Shown: positions 24,600 to 36,545 of the stretch, piece after piece
How the letters are laid out: each line of letters opens with the position of its first letter
Numbering within the stretch: position 1 is the stretch's first letter
Assembly (NCBI GenBank): GCA_028534125.1
Contig: CM052816.1
Coordinates: 11,472,001-11,536,000 of the forward strand
Direction of reading: 5' to 3'
Length of the DNA stretch: 64,000 bases
Source of the DNA: Lama glama
Lineage: Eukaryota
Program-made: the position numbers and the translations under genes
The notes under the pieces: generated by a model
Databases searched by the model: none
What the model was told of the DNA's origin: nothing
The model's input: the letters and a program-made list of their open reading frames with translations, nothing else

Positions 24600-26180
24600 C
24601 GGTTTTTTCGTGATGGTGGCAAGAAAAAGTTGATTGGTTGAAGTGCAGGGTGGGGACTATACTCATGAGGAGGGAAGGCTCAGGCCTTTCCAGTGACCTA
24701 GAAATCCACGTCCTTGACCAGGTCTTGGAGGTAGGCCTTGAACTGGTCCGAGGTGAGGGGGAGTGGATGGCTGGTGGAAATGTACAGGTCTCTGGTATTC
24801 TCCAGTGAGAAGGCACTCCTAACTGGGCCACATCTGGCAGGGAGCTGAGACACATGGGAACCACCTTGACCATCAGGAGACTCTTGATCCACAGCTGGCC
24901 CTGGGGCAATGACTCCCTGACACAGAACTATAGGGTGTAGATAATGAGTGTCTGCTTCCTTCCTTGAAGATGATCAGATCTGCCACAAAAGGTCCCAGGT
25001 CGAACATGCCTCCCTTCTTGTTCTTGGGGACCTCGCCATCATGTTGGGGACCAGCACCAGTGAGGGGCTCCTGCCACAGCCCAGTACCAGTGACAGTGCC
25101 CCAGGCTCTGGGCCCAAAGCACTGCCAGGCTCTCCACGGAGCTGATCCTACCGCCTCCCTGCCCAGGCAGCTCAGGACGTGCCGCCTGTAGCCTGTCACA
25201 TCCCGGGGCCTGATAGTCTTATTGGCTGCCCAGGCAGTGTCCTGTCCCCTGTTTCTGACCCCACTAGCCATAGGTCCTTTAGGCAGAGGACAGTGTGCTG
25301 AAAGACTTGGCACCCAGGAGGACAGTGGTCCCCTGAATTCCCACTCTCAGCAGTGGCAGCAGTGATGTGAAAAGGGAGACTGAGAGAGTGTAAGGGGACC
25401 CACTGTCCCAGCCCCCGCCCCTCCCATTCCACAGTTGGCACTCATCTTCCTCTAGTAGCAACAGCTGCCTCAGTGGGTTTTCTGGGGTGGGAGTGGGGGT
25501 CCGAGTTTGGGCAGGGAGCTGGGATCTCTAAGTTGGGGTTCAGCAAAAGGTCAGGAGGGTGCTCAGGGGCCACAGCCAGACATGAGAGCCCAGTGTCTGG
25601 TACTGGGGCCAAGCCCGTGCGACTCAGGAACTCCTCCGGGGTATTAGAGGTACCACATCTGTCACTGGCATCTGGAGAGGTATCTGACTCAGGAAAGTCC
25701 CCAACTCCTGAGGTCACAAACTCTCAGATCTAGTGCAGGTCACGGGGGTCCTTGCTCTATTCTTGGCTGAATGCAACACTTCCTTCCAGTTCGGGGCAGA
25801 CTGGAAATTCCTCTTCCAGGTCTGCAGGTCAGGCTTGTCCTTCCCAGGGGTGTAGGACCACTGGCATCCCCAGGCTGGAAGATGTGGAAGTCCTCCTGCT
25901 AGGCGTCCTGCTGCAAACCATGCTTCTGCAGGATGCGGAGGTGCACATGGCTCTGGTCCAGCCAGACCCTGCCCTCCGGCTGCCCCACGTCCAGCTGCCA
26001 CACCAGCCAGGGTAGGATCCGAGGCTTTGGGGTTCCCTTGGCCCAGTGTGGAGGGCCAGTGAACACAGTGTGCTGGGGTCCAGTCCTGCCTTTGGACTCC
26101 AGGTAGGTCTCTAGCTCATAGCTGCACACGCCCTTCCCCTGCCCGTCTGCTGAGCTTTAGAGCAACGGTGCTTTCTTTTC
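24600..26180 (-). pseudogene. IRF3: IRF3 retrocopy (semi-processed pseudogene); CDS-homologous part 24698-26039
   Basis: Colinear IRF3 peptides across frames: GTPKPRILPWLV..KHGLQQDA; PGKDKPDLQTWKRNF; SGVGDF..DTSPD; QVFQHT..LVGSETGDRTLPG; RHVLSCLG; DGEVPKNKKGGMFDLGPF; LMVKVVPMCL; SLENTRDLYISTSHPLPLTSDQFKAYLQDLV. Lesions: start ATG>AAG at 26039, TAG at 25901-25899, several frameshifts. Decayed polyA signal AATCAA (24635-24630) followed by an A-rich remnant. Confidence 0.95.
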
Positions 26181-26529
26181 TACCTAGTGCTTTTATAATA
26201 AATACACATACACATGCTTGCACTGGCCTTATGCTAAGAAGGTCTGAACCAAAGTAAATTTCCAGACCATTCCAGACAGGAGCCACTCCCAGGATTCTGG
26301 CCTTGCTTTGGTTTTGCTACCAACATTAAGAATCTCGAGTTTGGAGAACACCCCTGGGCTCATCTAGATAACACTTTAGACTAGGGTTTCTGCAGCCTTG
26401 AGCCACTTCCGGCCATGTGGGGCCATTTGAGCCCCTGAGGGTGGGAGCAGCATTTTAAGGCTGTTGAGAGAGAACGACCCCCTGTCTCATTTCCATTGTG
26501 CATCCGGAGCTTGTGGGAAAGTATCGAAG

Positions 26530-26960
26530 AGATCGTCATTCAGTCACTCGTTTATTCACTCATTCAGCAAAGATATTCTGAGTGCTTACCTTGTGTCTGG
26601 CCCTGTGTTGGGCCCTGACAACAGTGAGATCTTTTTAGGTAGTTCCCAGCTTTGGAAGGGGCACCAAAGTAAATGACTATCATAAAATTGCATGGTAAGT
26701 AGTGTGATGAGGGTCAGCACGTCGTCCCTTGGGGGACTCTGGTGGCAGAAGTCAGGGAAGACTTCCCTGAAGAGTTGACACCTGGGCTGAGTTCGGAGGG
26801 ATGAGCAGGAGGAGTTAGCCCCGTAAAGGCATGGAGGGGGGATTCCAGTTGAGAGACCACAGGTGTAAAGGCATGAAGGCAGGAGAGGACCTGGGACCTT
26901 CTGGGAACAGCCTGTGCTCTGTAGCACCTGAGCACTGAGTTTGTGGCAGGAGGTGTCAGG
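26530..26960 (-). mobile_element. L2 fragment
   Basis: CATTCAGTCACTCGTTTATTCACTCATTCAGCAAA..GTCAGGGAAGACTTCCCTGAAGAG, the reverse L2 3' end. Confidence 0.7.
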
Positions 26961-27114
26961 CTTTGAGACTGCAGTGTGAGCAGCCATCTGATCACAGTGC
27001 TGGACAAAGAAGACCAGGATGCCTGGTCTCCTCCCTAAAAGACCCGCGAGCCAATGACCACTTTCAAGCTAGGGAGATTTGGGGGCTGTTTTATATATTT
27101 ATGTCAACAAATAT

Positions 27115-27263
27115 ATTTTTATATAATTGTTTTCAACATTTTCACTATTATGGTAAACATTAAAAAACATTTTGTTGTTGTTAATGGAAGTACTGGGGAT
27201 TGAACCCACGACCTCGTGCATGCTAAGCTTGTACTCTACCACTAAGCTATACCCCCACCCTGC
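27115..27263 (-). mobile_element. tRNA-derived SINE (Vic-type) with extended 3' tail
   Basis: Reverse copy; TSD TGTCAACAAATAT at 27102-27114 and 27264-27276. Confidence 0.85.
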
Positions 27264-28489
27264 TGTCAACAAATATTTTTACCCAGAATTTCCATGACTC
27301 TGTGAACCAAAGGGGGAAATTCTGTGTTTTGGTTTTTTTAAGTGAAAAGAAACAGCAACTTGTTTAAAAAAAATTGCAAAATGAGGGCAGAGAAACTGTA
27401 GCTTTAAGTTTTAGATCTTCCTGTGCTGCTTGATTTTAGATGTTTCATGACATGTCATATATTGCCTGCAAGTGCATTAAGCCATCAACTGGGGAAGGTT
27501 GCTGGTAAATTCCACGCCAGTTTCGAGGGTGTGTATGTGTTCTGTGTGGGGAGCTGGTTAAAGGCATTCATAACATTATGATAATCCACGCTGAATATAG
27601 CTAGGATTTCAACTGGCGATTCACCCAATTTCTGGCATCATTACCCACGAAAGGCCTTGCTTCCCTGGAAAGGCAGATGAATACTCACTTTATAGGAAGA
27701 GAACAGACATGTTTAATTTAGTAAGAACTTAACTTCCCTGTCTCACAGGTGAAAGGGAAAAGTCGGTGGTTTTTGAGACGGAAAAAGGGAGGGGAGGGAG
27801 GAGCAGCCTGGGGTGACGGGTGACGCTGTAAAAGCCCCAGAGTTGCTGCCAAGGTAGTTTTTACCCCTGGAGCGGGGTGATCTCATTTGCTGCTGCATAG
27901 GCATTTATCCCTGGTTTTCTAGTTTTTTCTTTTTTTTTTTTGCCATGAGGTCACATGCTTATGCTGAATGTGGTGAGTGTGCCCCAGGGAGGCTGGGAGG
28001 ATTTTTAGAGACAGACTAAGCAGGATTCAGATTCTGCTCTGCAACTTACGCAGGTGTGAGAGCCTAGGAAAGTTGCTTACCCTGCCTGATCTGATTCCAG
28101 AATGCCTACCTGGCCTGGGCTTCTGTGAGAGCGAAACGAGATATTTATGTACAGTGACTGGCACATAACTGATGTTCAATAGATGTTAACGTCTTTCCCC
28201 TCCCTGGACCGAAGCTACTTTTAATTGGTTTCCATGGGAATAGTGATCTGTCTCCCTGTCTCGGCCATTCTTACTTTTCATCAGTAAGGAAACGTGTGTT
28301 TAGGGACGCAGTTCTTTGGGGAGCAGAATGCCTTGTGTTCCAATCCTGGCGTTGCTACTCACTTTGGACAGGGCTCGGTATTTTAGAAACATAGGTTTCT
28401 TCTCCAGTGGTTCCTACACCTTCCATGGTCATTGGAAGGACTCAGTGAAGTCAGACTGCATTCCCAGCTTTAGAGCATATGGTACCTTG

Positions 28490-28665
28490 CTCTACAGGTA
28501 CCTTGTCAGAATCACCCAGACAGCTTGTTAAAACAGATCGCTGGGCTCCATCCTCAGGAGTTCTGATTCAGTTAAGTCTTTGGGTGCAGGGAGCTGAGAA
28601 TTTGCATTTCTCACCAGTTCCCAGGCAATGCTGATGTGGTGGTCCTGGCCACACTTTGAGAACAG
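28490..28665 (-). mobile_element. MER5A-type hAT-Charlie DNA transposon
   Basis: AGAATCACC..GCTTGTTAAAACAGAT..TTCTGATTCAGT..GAGAATTTGCATTTCT..CCACACTTTGAGAAC. Confidence 0.8.
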
Positions 28666-30888
28666 GGCCTGGGATACAGTGAACACCAGACGGGTGTGAG
28701 CTACCATCACCCTTTGTTTTTTCAGGTAGGGGTAAAATTGTAGTTACCACCCCCTGGCTCGAATTCTAACTTTAGGATTCTTGTTTTGGCTTATGTCAAA
28801 TAATTGCTTAATTTTCACTTTATGTAGAACTAAGATAAGCAGTGAGGAGGAGGAACTTAGTATTCTAGGGGGTTAGAATCCACAGGTCACTGCTGCAGAG
28901 GACGTCTCTGTGATTCAGACATGGGGATGAGGGGCCCGAACTGACCAGGTCCCAGTACAGGTTTATCAGCCTGGCCCCCTTGGGGCAGGCCTCCATTAAA
29001 AAACAAGTTTCTGGAATATTATCCTATTGCACAAGACTCATTACCAAGTGTTGAGGGCACAACTGGGGGAAATTGGGAGAAATGACAGGAGACTTTCGCA
29101 GGCCAGTGTCTCTTTTGGTGACTTGTGAAAAACACCCCATCGTCCCCTGAAGGGTGAATCTTCCTGCTGAGGAAATCATAGGCCCTGACTCTTTTATTTT
29201 AGAAGGTGGATGGCAAAGATAAGGGGCATGGTGACACCTCTGTCACTTAATGAGCAGTCTGAGTTACAGAGCTAAAATTAACAGTTTCTTCTCCACCCAC
29301 CCACCCACCCAATACTTAAGCTCTCCTTTGTCATTGTTTCTCAGAGCAATCAAGTCGCAAGAAATGCTACCTAGATCTGCAACCTCCTCAAACACAGCTA
29401 GGGGGCTGGGGGGGACTCAGTGCTGCATTAGGGTGCAGAGTTGAGGTTCTGGGATCAGATAGATGGGGCCCATCCCTTGACCTTCTGGCTCGGAGAGGGT
29501 GACCTCAGCAAGTGACCTTCTAAACCCCCATTTTCTTATCTAAACGGGGGCAGTTGTGGTACTTAATCCAAAGAGTCCTGGTGAGGGTTATTTGGATAAG
29601 TATGTGAGGACTTGATAAATGACAGCTATCGTTACTACGGGGGGGATTTGTAAGAGTTTAGGATTGGGACCAACTGCTGCATGCCCTCCCTGAGCTGTCA
29701 TGTTTCTGGAATTATCCAGCAATGTTCAGTTGATCTGTGTGACCCAGATTCTCCATTTTCCACAATTTGTTTATCTAGTTTTGGACGAAAAGAGAAGGGT
29801 GGAGTCTTTTGCGTGGGGCCTGGGGAAAGAATTGGGGGCCCAGGGACAGCCGGTGGCCTGTGAGGAGTCTGACCCTGCCTGACCCCAAGGACTGATGCTC
29901 AGACCCCGGAAGGCAGGGGTTAGAGCCATAGCTGAAGGGTCTGCTCTCCCCAGGTGCGTGGGACGCTCAGTAACTCAGAGGCTGAGGTGACACGACGTGG
30001 AGTTGGGGAAAGGGCTTACACAGGAGCCAGGGGTGGGGTGAAAACACAAGGGACCTCAAGTCTGTTTCACTTCTCAAGGGTTTAAGGTCCCAGGAGGCAG
30101 GAAAGCGGTGTTTTCATGGAGGCCACTGCACCCATGGAGATGCCAAGGTAATTCCCACAGGGACTTGTGGGTGGGTAGTAAATAGTAATGAAGAACACAA
30201 GGGGACTTGTTCCTAAGGTTCTGCCTCTGTGTGGGGAGAAATCTCTACATGATGAGGGTGCGAAGGACTATAGTTGTACTGGTGGGAACGGGGGGTGTAG
30301 GGACACTTGGGGGATGTAGCTGAGGCATGCTGCAGAGTGCTGGCCCCAGGGTCACACCCAGGGACTGGCCGTTATTACTAGCTGTTCCTTGCCACCCTGA
30401 CCTCTCCCCATGCCCACGGGGCTGGGCAGCCTCTGCGTGAGTACTGAAGGACACACGACCTCTCAGCACTTCCCTCCGTGGAGCTCTTGAAGAATGCAGA
30501 GTAGGACGTTAACTCCATACCAAGTCGACTTTCTCCATCAGAACCACAAAGCATCTACTTTTGAGAGGAAAGAGGAACTTAGACCTCAGGTGCTAAGAAT
30601 AATGGTGACCCTGGCCAGCTCTGCTGGGCCCTAGACTTGGAGTCAGGTTCAGGTCCCAGATCTGTCACCTTTGAGCTTTGAGGCCAGAGGCTCATTATTT
30701 AACTTCCTCATCTGGAAGGTGGGGACAAAACTGCCTACCCTACTGCCAGATAATAAAGTGTTTTGTAAACTGTAAAGTTCTGTGAAGGGGATTAAGGAAA
30801 GTGGTTTTGGTGTGGCTGGTGATGGCAGCTCCTAGGGCTATTGGCATACAACCAAGGGATGGTCCCTTATTCCAAAAAGAAGGCTAAC

Positions 30889-30980
30889 GAGGGTATAGCT
30901 CAGTGGTAGAGCACATGCCTAGCATGCATGAGGTCCTGGGTTCAATCCCCAGTACTGCCATTTACAAGGAAAACAAAAAA
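30889..30980 (+). mobile_element. tRNA-derived SINE (Vic-type)
   Basis: GAGGGTATAGCTCAGTGGTAGAGCACATGCCTAGCATGCATGAGGTCCTGGGTTCAATCCCCAGTAC plus an A-rich tail. Confidence 0.9.
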
Positions 30981-33919
30981 GGATTTAAATGAGACCAATG
31001 AGGGAATTCAGGCATGGAGACAGGTGAGGGATGGGGAGATATTTGGGGATATCCCTAGGTGTTCACCGGTCCATGGGACAGAGCCCAGTAATCTCATCAA
31101 GAGGCATCACTGGGCCAATCCTGAGGATGCACTCTATCACTGAGCTATACCCTGCCCCACCCCAGGCGGTAAACTTCTAGATCATGGGCCGTGTTCTCTT
31201 CTCTCTGTTGGCCAGTCCCCGGCACAGCGCCTGCCACACACTGGGGATGCTGTCAGGGTTTACAGAATGACTCGATGAACTCAATGAGCTGGAGAGTGTT
31301 TTGTCGTTGTCGTTGTTTTTTGATCATGGTCCTTGTCTGTATCCTGCACACGTACCCTCATTCTCACACCTCCTTTCTTTCTGAAATGTCCTTAAAGTCA
31401 TCCCCAGCTCTGGGGAGACTGGAACACAGAAACACAAACTCGTGGGTCCAAAAACCAGGGAAACCTGAGAAAGAACAACAAGCATTGCTTGCTTTCTGCA
31501 CCGTTTGTGCCTTGGGAATTGACTTTGGGGAAGAAAGGAGACTTGGGAATTGGTTCCTGGTGGTGGGGTGGGGTGGGGGCAGCGGGCATTTTCTGTGGAG
31601 AATTGGTCTATCCCAACCCAGCAATACCGTTCTGTAACTTAGAGGAGACGTGGGCTCTGGAGACTTCCAGCCCTGGAAATAAGTGCTTTCTCAGAAAGAA
31701 CAGGGAATTTACAAAATAGATCTGGCGATGGCTCCCACTGCTGTTGGGGATGAAACAGGGGGTTTGTGAGTTTCCTGAATGCTGCTGTGATTCTAAACCA
31801 GGGACCATCTTGATTCTGTATCGGCTTCCATTGTTTTTCCCATAACCTCTTATGAATAGTGGCGGCAATGACATTGATGAGGACAGTGCCCTTTCTTTGA
31901 GGGTTTGCTCTGCACAACCCTCCCTCATTTCTCATGACAACTCTATAAGATTAGTTATAATCTCGACCCCATTTTACAGATGAGGAAACTGAGGCTCAGA
32001 GGGGTTAAGTGGTTTCTCCAAGGTAACACAGCCAGTCATCTTAGTCTGATCATTGTTTGAGTCCTGGCCTCGAGAGCTGCATCCACGTCCTCCACCATCC
32101 TCTGTACTGCCTCCTTTGAAAATTATAAGGTTGAGTTTGTGATCAATCAGATTGTTCAGACTTGCCTCTGAAGTATTTTCTAGGCAGTTCAAATAAGGCC
32201 CTTCAAAATACAGATTGTGTGTGTTTCCCTGACAAGAAATCCTCCCCTCCCCGATACCTCCACTTCAAGGGTTTTTTTTTTTTTTAATAGATGCCCCCCT
32301 ACCCCAGGGTTCAGCCTGGAGCCTGGGGGAGAAAATGGGACAGGAAAACAATGAAATAGCAGAAAACAAAAGACCCCAAGGCCTGTAACCAATCTTGAAT
32401 GAAACACACTTCCCCAGCCTCCCAAAATGCCAATCTGATTCTCTTTGTTCTAAAAGCTCTGGTTTCACAGAGCATCAATTTCCCCTAATAACAAGCTTTT
32501 TCTATTCTTCCTTGAATGACGCAGCCTGGTCTTGAGGATTCTCATCATCTTTATTGCTCATCCGGGATGATAGACACATGCACAGCGAGTTTGTCACTTC
32601 CCTTTTCTTTTCCTTTCCCATCACACATGATTCCCGCCCCAGCACAAGCAGAGGCTCTGAGCAGCGTCCCACCTTTTTCTCCACCCCCTCGCCTCCCATA
32701 CAGCCTAGCACAGCTCTCTGACTTCCCTGCAGAGCGTCATCTGGTCCCCATGAATAAGCTCATCTTTCTCCCCCAGGTCCCCACACCTCCGTGGTGACTC
32801 TTATCAGCCGGGTGCGCTGTGGGCAATTCCCCGTGGGGTCCGGCATGTCTGACAGGTTGTATGTTTAAGTCAACATTTGTCCTGCGTGAACTCTGTTCCA
32901 AGCACAGGCTGAGAGCTGAGAATGGATGGTCTCAATTGCTGCTCAAAACGTCCCGAGGAGGGGTGTCCTGGTGATAAACCCACTGTACACATGAGGAAAC
33001 CGAGGCACAGGGAGATGTTCAAGGACACACAGCCTTCTAGTGTCCAGAGTCCGGAGCCCAACTTCTTAATCGGCAGGGCTCACCAGCTTGGGTTTTGTTC
33101 TGGAAACCTGTAGGTAATCTCTGGTTTTTGAAGTTCTCAGCCCACAGGACCCTAGAGAACTAAGGTGGACAGTAACCTCGGAAAGGTCAAGCCAGGCAGT
33201 AACAGTAACTAGAGGGGTTTACAGAACATCCACAGACCATTGAAGGTGACCTGAACCTGGCCATTCTCTCCCAGTAGGGAGAGCACAGGAAAGGTGGCGG
33301 GCATTGGCCCCCTGCACCTGCCTCCATCTGTCAGCTCCTGCAAGGCCTCTTCCTGGTCGGTGGTTTGCATCCTCCTCACACTTCCTCTCGTCTCGGTCAT
33401 CCATAGATAGGCAGAGTGCCCTTAGCACAGCAGTCCTCACGTTTCAGGTCAGGATCACTTAGGGAGCTGATCTGAACTGCAGGTTCTGGAAATTCTGACT
33501 CAGGAGGCCTAGGAAAGGCCCAGAGACTTCATTTTCCAAGCACCTTTGGTGATCCTGATGCAAGAGGCCTCCAAGCCACTCTTGAAAAGCAACCCCTGCT
33601 TCTCAGACTATAGCATCAGGACAAGGAAACAAAAAGCACTTTAGATGGTAGTGACCTGATTTTGCCTCGAGCAGTCCCCTCTGGATGCCCGAGAGCGGAA
33701 CTGAAATCCTGGGACCCCAGCAACACTTGGTTGCCTGCCCTCACTCTGCGCTTCACCCTTGACCTCTGTGGCTGGGGAGGAGCTGTTCGTCTTTATCTGC
33801 TGTGCTTACTGTGGGAGCTCAGTGGCGTTTTGTTATTATTTTTTAATCTTCTTAACTAGGAGCAAGATTTTTATCTTTTGGTCTAAGATCTCCTACCAAG
33901 GGATTCCCTAACTTAAAAA

Positions 33920-34310
33920 AAATTTTTTTATTGAGGTATAGTCGATTTACATTGTGTTAGTTTCTGGTGTACAGCATAGGATTCAGTAATACGTATATAT
34001 GTTCCTTTTCGTATTCTTTTTCAGTATAGACCATTTCAAGATTATTTTTTTTGCATTCTTTTTTACTGAAGTCAGTTTGCAATGTTGTGTCAGTTTCTGG
34101 TGTACAGCATCCTGATTCAGTTATACACACACAAATATATATATATTCCGTTTCATATTCTTTTTCACTATAGGTTACCACAATGTATTGAATATAGTTC
34201 CCTGTGCTGTACAGTAGGACCTTGTTGTTCATCTGTTTTACATATAGTAATTAGTATCTGCAATCACGAACTCCCAGTTTGGATTCCCTCACCTTTGACT
34301 CCCTGTTTAG
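33920..34310 (-). mobile_element. Two adjacent/nested lineage-specific L1 3' ends
   Basis: Two occurrences of the reverse 3'-end motif (TTAGTTTCTGGTGTACAGCAT / TCAGTTTCTGGTGTACAGCAT), each preceded by poly-T, plus AATATAGTTCCCTGTGCTGTACAGTAGG. Confidence 0.8.
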
Positions 34311-35456
34311 ACTAACTGAAATGACCAGGAAGGAGTAGGGAAGAGATACTGCACCAGAGAAAGCTTATAAAGACAGCTGCTTGTTCAGGTACAGACACAG
34401 CTGAAGTTGCCCCAGATGTGGTTTCCTCCTGAATTGTGCTGGAAGCCCCACCTCCCACAGGAGGCTTTTTTCCCAAGAAGAGGAGTAGCCACCCACCCCA
34501 TCCCAGATACAATCTCCTGCACGGGCACTCCCAATTGTTATGCTTAATTTACAGCCAACTCATCAATGTCAAGTTGCCTGTAATCGCTTGCTCCATCAGG
34601 TTGGTAATAAACCTCTAAGCAGGTCATTCTGCAATTAGTTATTTGATTTTCTTTGGTCCACGGCGTGCTTCTAATTTTTCTGATGTCCACATAGGCTGTA
34701 GACTCTACTAGAGCAGGAAACATACTGATCTTGAGAGCAGCATAGAGCCTGAAATGCAGAAGGTGCTCTGTAAATGTTTGTTGATTAAGTGACTGTAATT
34801 CAGTGAATCACTTTTTTTTTTTGAGGTAGTTGTCCCCAGATGATATTCTATGGACTGGACCAGTGTAAGTGCATATGAAGTTTCATTCTTCTCAAAAAAT
34901 GAGAAAATGTAGAGCAGTGTATTAAGTTTTTCATAAAGCTAAAGTCATTCAATGTAAAAAGGCTGTCTATTCAGAGGCAATGTTCTTCCTAATTTGAGGG
35001 CATTAAAATTACCTTTATTCTATGAGGTGCTATAAAGAGATGTGACTGTATGACTCAGTTGACTCCCCACCCCAGTCTCTGGAGTCGGCTCCCTCCTTTC
35101 TTGCCTGGAGAACTGAAGTAGCTCAAGAAGTAGCCTGCCCGCATCCACTTCTCCCCTTTATCTGTCAGGACTTTTAGTTACAACTTAGAGAAGCTGATTC
35201 TAGCTGACCTGGATGTGTCCTCAAAGATAGAAAGACTATTTAAAAGATGGTGAATCTACAAATGCTTATTGCTGGAGTTGCTGTGGAGAAAAGGGAACCC
35301 TCCTACACTGTTGGTGGGAATGTAGTTCGGTGCAGCCACTATGGAGAACAGTGTGGAAATGCCTTAAAAAACTGAAAATAGACTTACCCTATGATCCAGC
35401 AATCCCACTTCTAGTCATATATCCAAAAGAAACTAATTCAAAAAGATACATGCAAA

Positions 35457-35576
35457 GGGGTGGAGGTACAGCTCAAGTGGTAAAGCACATGCTTAGCATA
35501 CATGGGGTCCTGGATTTAATCCCCAGTACCTCATCTAAAAATAAATAAGTGAACCTAATTACCTCCCCCATCAAAT
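35457..35576 (+). mobile_element. tRNA-derived SINE inserted into an L1
   Basis: SINE consensus interrupts the L1 sequence AAAGATACATGCACCCCAATG; imperfect TSD AAGATACATGCA / AAGACATATGAA. Confidence 0.85.
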
Positions 35577-35685
35577 AAGACATATGAACCCCAATGTTCA
35601 TAGCAGCACTATTTATAGTAGCCAAGACATGAAAGCAACCTAACTGTCCATAAATAGATGACTGGATAAAGAAGTTGTATATATA

Positions 35686-35726
35686 TGTGTGTGTGTGTGT
35701 GTGTGTATATATATAAGCTGTGTGTG

Positions 35727-35764
<38 letters not shown>
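35686..35764. repeat. (TG)n..(CA)n compound microsatellite within L1
   Basis: Directly visible TG run, TA spacer, short TG run and CA run. Confidence 0.9.
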
Positions 35765-35766
<2 letters not shown>

Positions 35767-36289
35767 GGAATACTACTCAGCCATAAAAAAGAATAAAATA
35801 ATGTCATTTGCAGCAACAGCAACATAAACATAGATGGACCTGAAGATAGTCATTCTAAGTGAAGTTAGCTAGAAAGAGAAAGAAAAATACCATATCACTT
35901 AAATATGCAATCTAAAAAAAAAAAGAGGACACAAATAAACTTAACAAAAAAGAGACAGACTCACAGACAAACTTGTGGTTACCAGTGGGGAATGGGGTGG
36001 GGAGAAATAAATTAGGAGCTTGGGATTTGTAGATACTAACTACTGTATGTAAAATAGGTAAACAACAAGGATGTACTGTATAGCACAGGGAACTATATTC
36101 AGTATCTTGTAATGGCCTATAATGAAAAAGAATATGGAAAGGAATATACATATGTATAAATGAATCACTATGCTGTCCACCAGAAATTAACACATTATAA
36201 ATTGACTATACCTCAATTAAAAAATGGAAAAAAAATAACCCAGGCAAAAATTTTTTAAAAAATAAGACAATAAAATATGATGAGTATAA

Positions 36290-36545
36290 AGGGAGTGTGC
36301 TATTCTGAGTTGGATCCTGGAACAGAAAAAGAATATTAGTGGGAAAACTGGTAAAATCCAGACGAAGTTTGTAGTTAGTTAGTGGTAATCTATCATTGTT
36401 AGTCTTCGTTGTGCTGAAAACACGATGGTTATGTTAATAATAGGAGAAAGTGGGTGAAGGGTATAGGAAATCTCTGTACTATTTTTGTAGGTTTTCTGTG
36501 AATCTAAAATTATTCAAATCCAAAATAAAAAGTTTATTAAAAATA
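36290..36545 (+). mobile_element. Old L1MC-type 3' end
   Basis: TGGATCCTGGAACAGAAAAAGAATATTAGTGGGAAAACTGGT..CTCTGTACTATTTTTG..AAAATAAAAAGTTT. Confidence 0.75.

Larger units (their letters stand above)
35250..36240 (+). mobile_element. L1 ORF2 C-terminus + 3'UTR (SINE and microsatellite inside)
   Basis: [30 protein letters not shown]2 peptide; 3'UTR CTGTATAGCACAGGGAACTATATTCAG; A-tail near 36220. Confidence 0.9.

Noticed and set aside
24556..26129. IRF3-like ORFs as a functional paralogue
   Set aside because: Start codon lost, early stop, multiple frameshifts and a lost DNA-binding tryptophan.
30889..30960. tRNA-like sequences with A and B boxes (nine copies) as tRNA genes
   Set aside because: A-rich tails, TSDs, shared non-tRNA 3' extensions and scattered mismatches identify them as SINEs.
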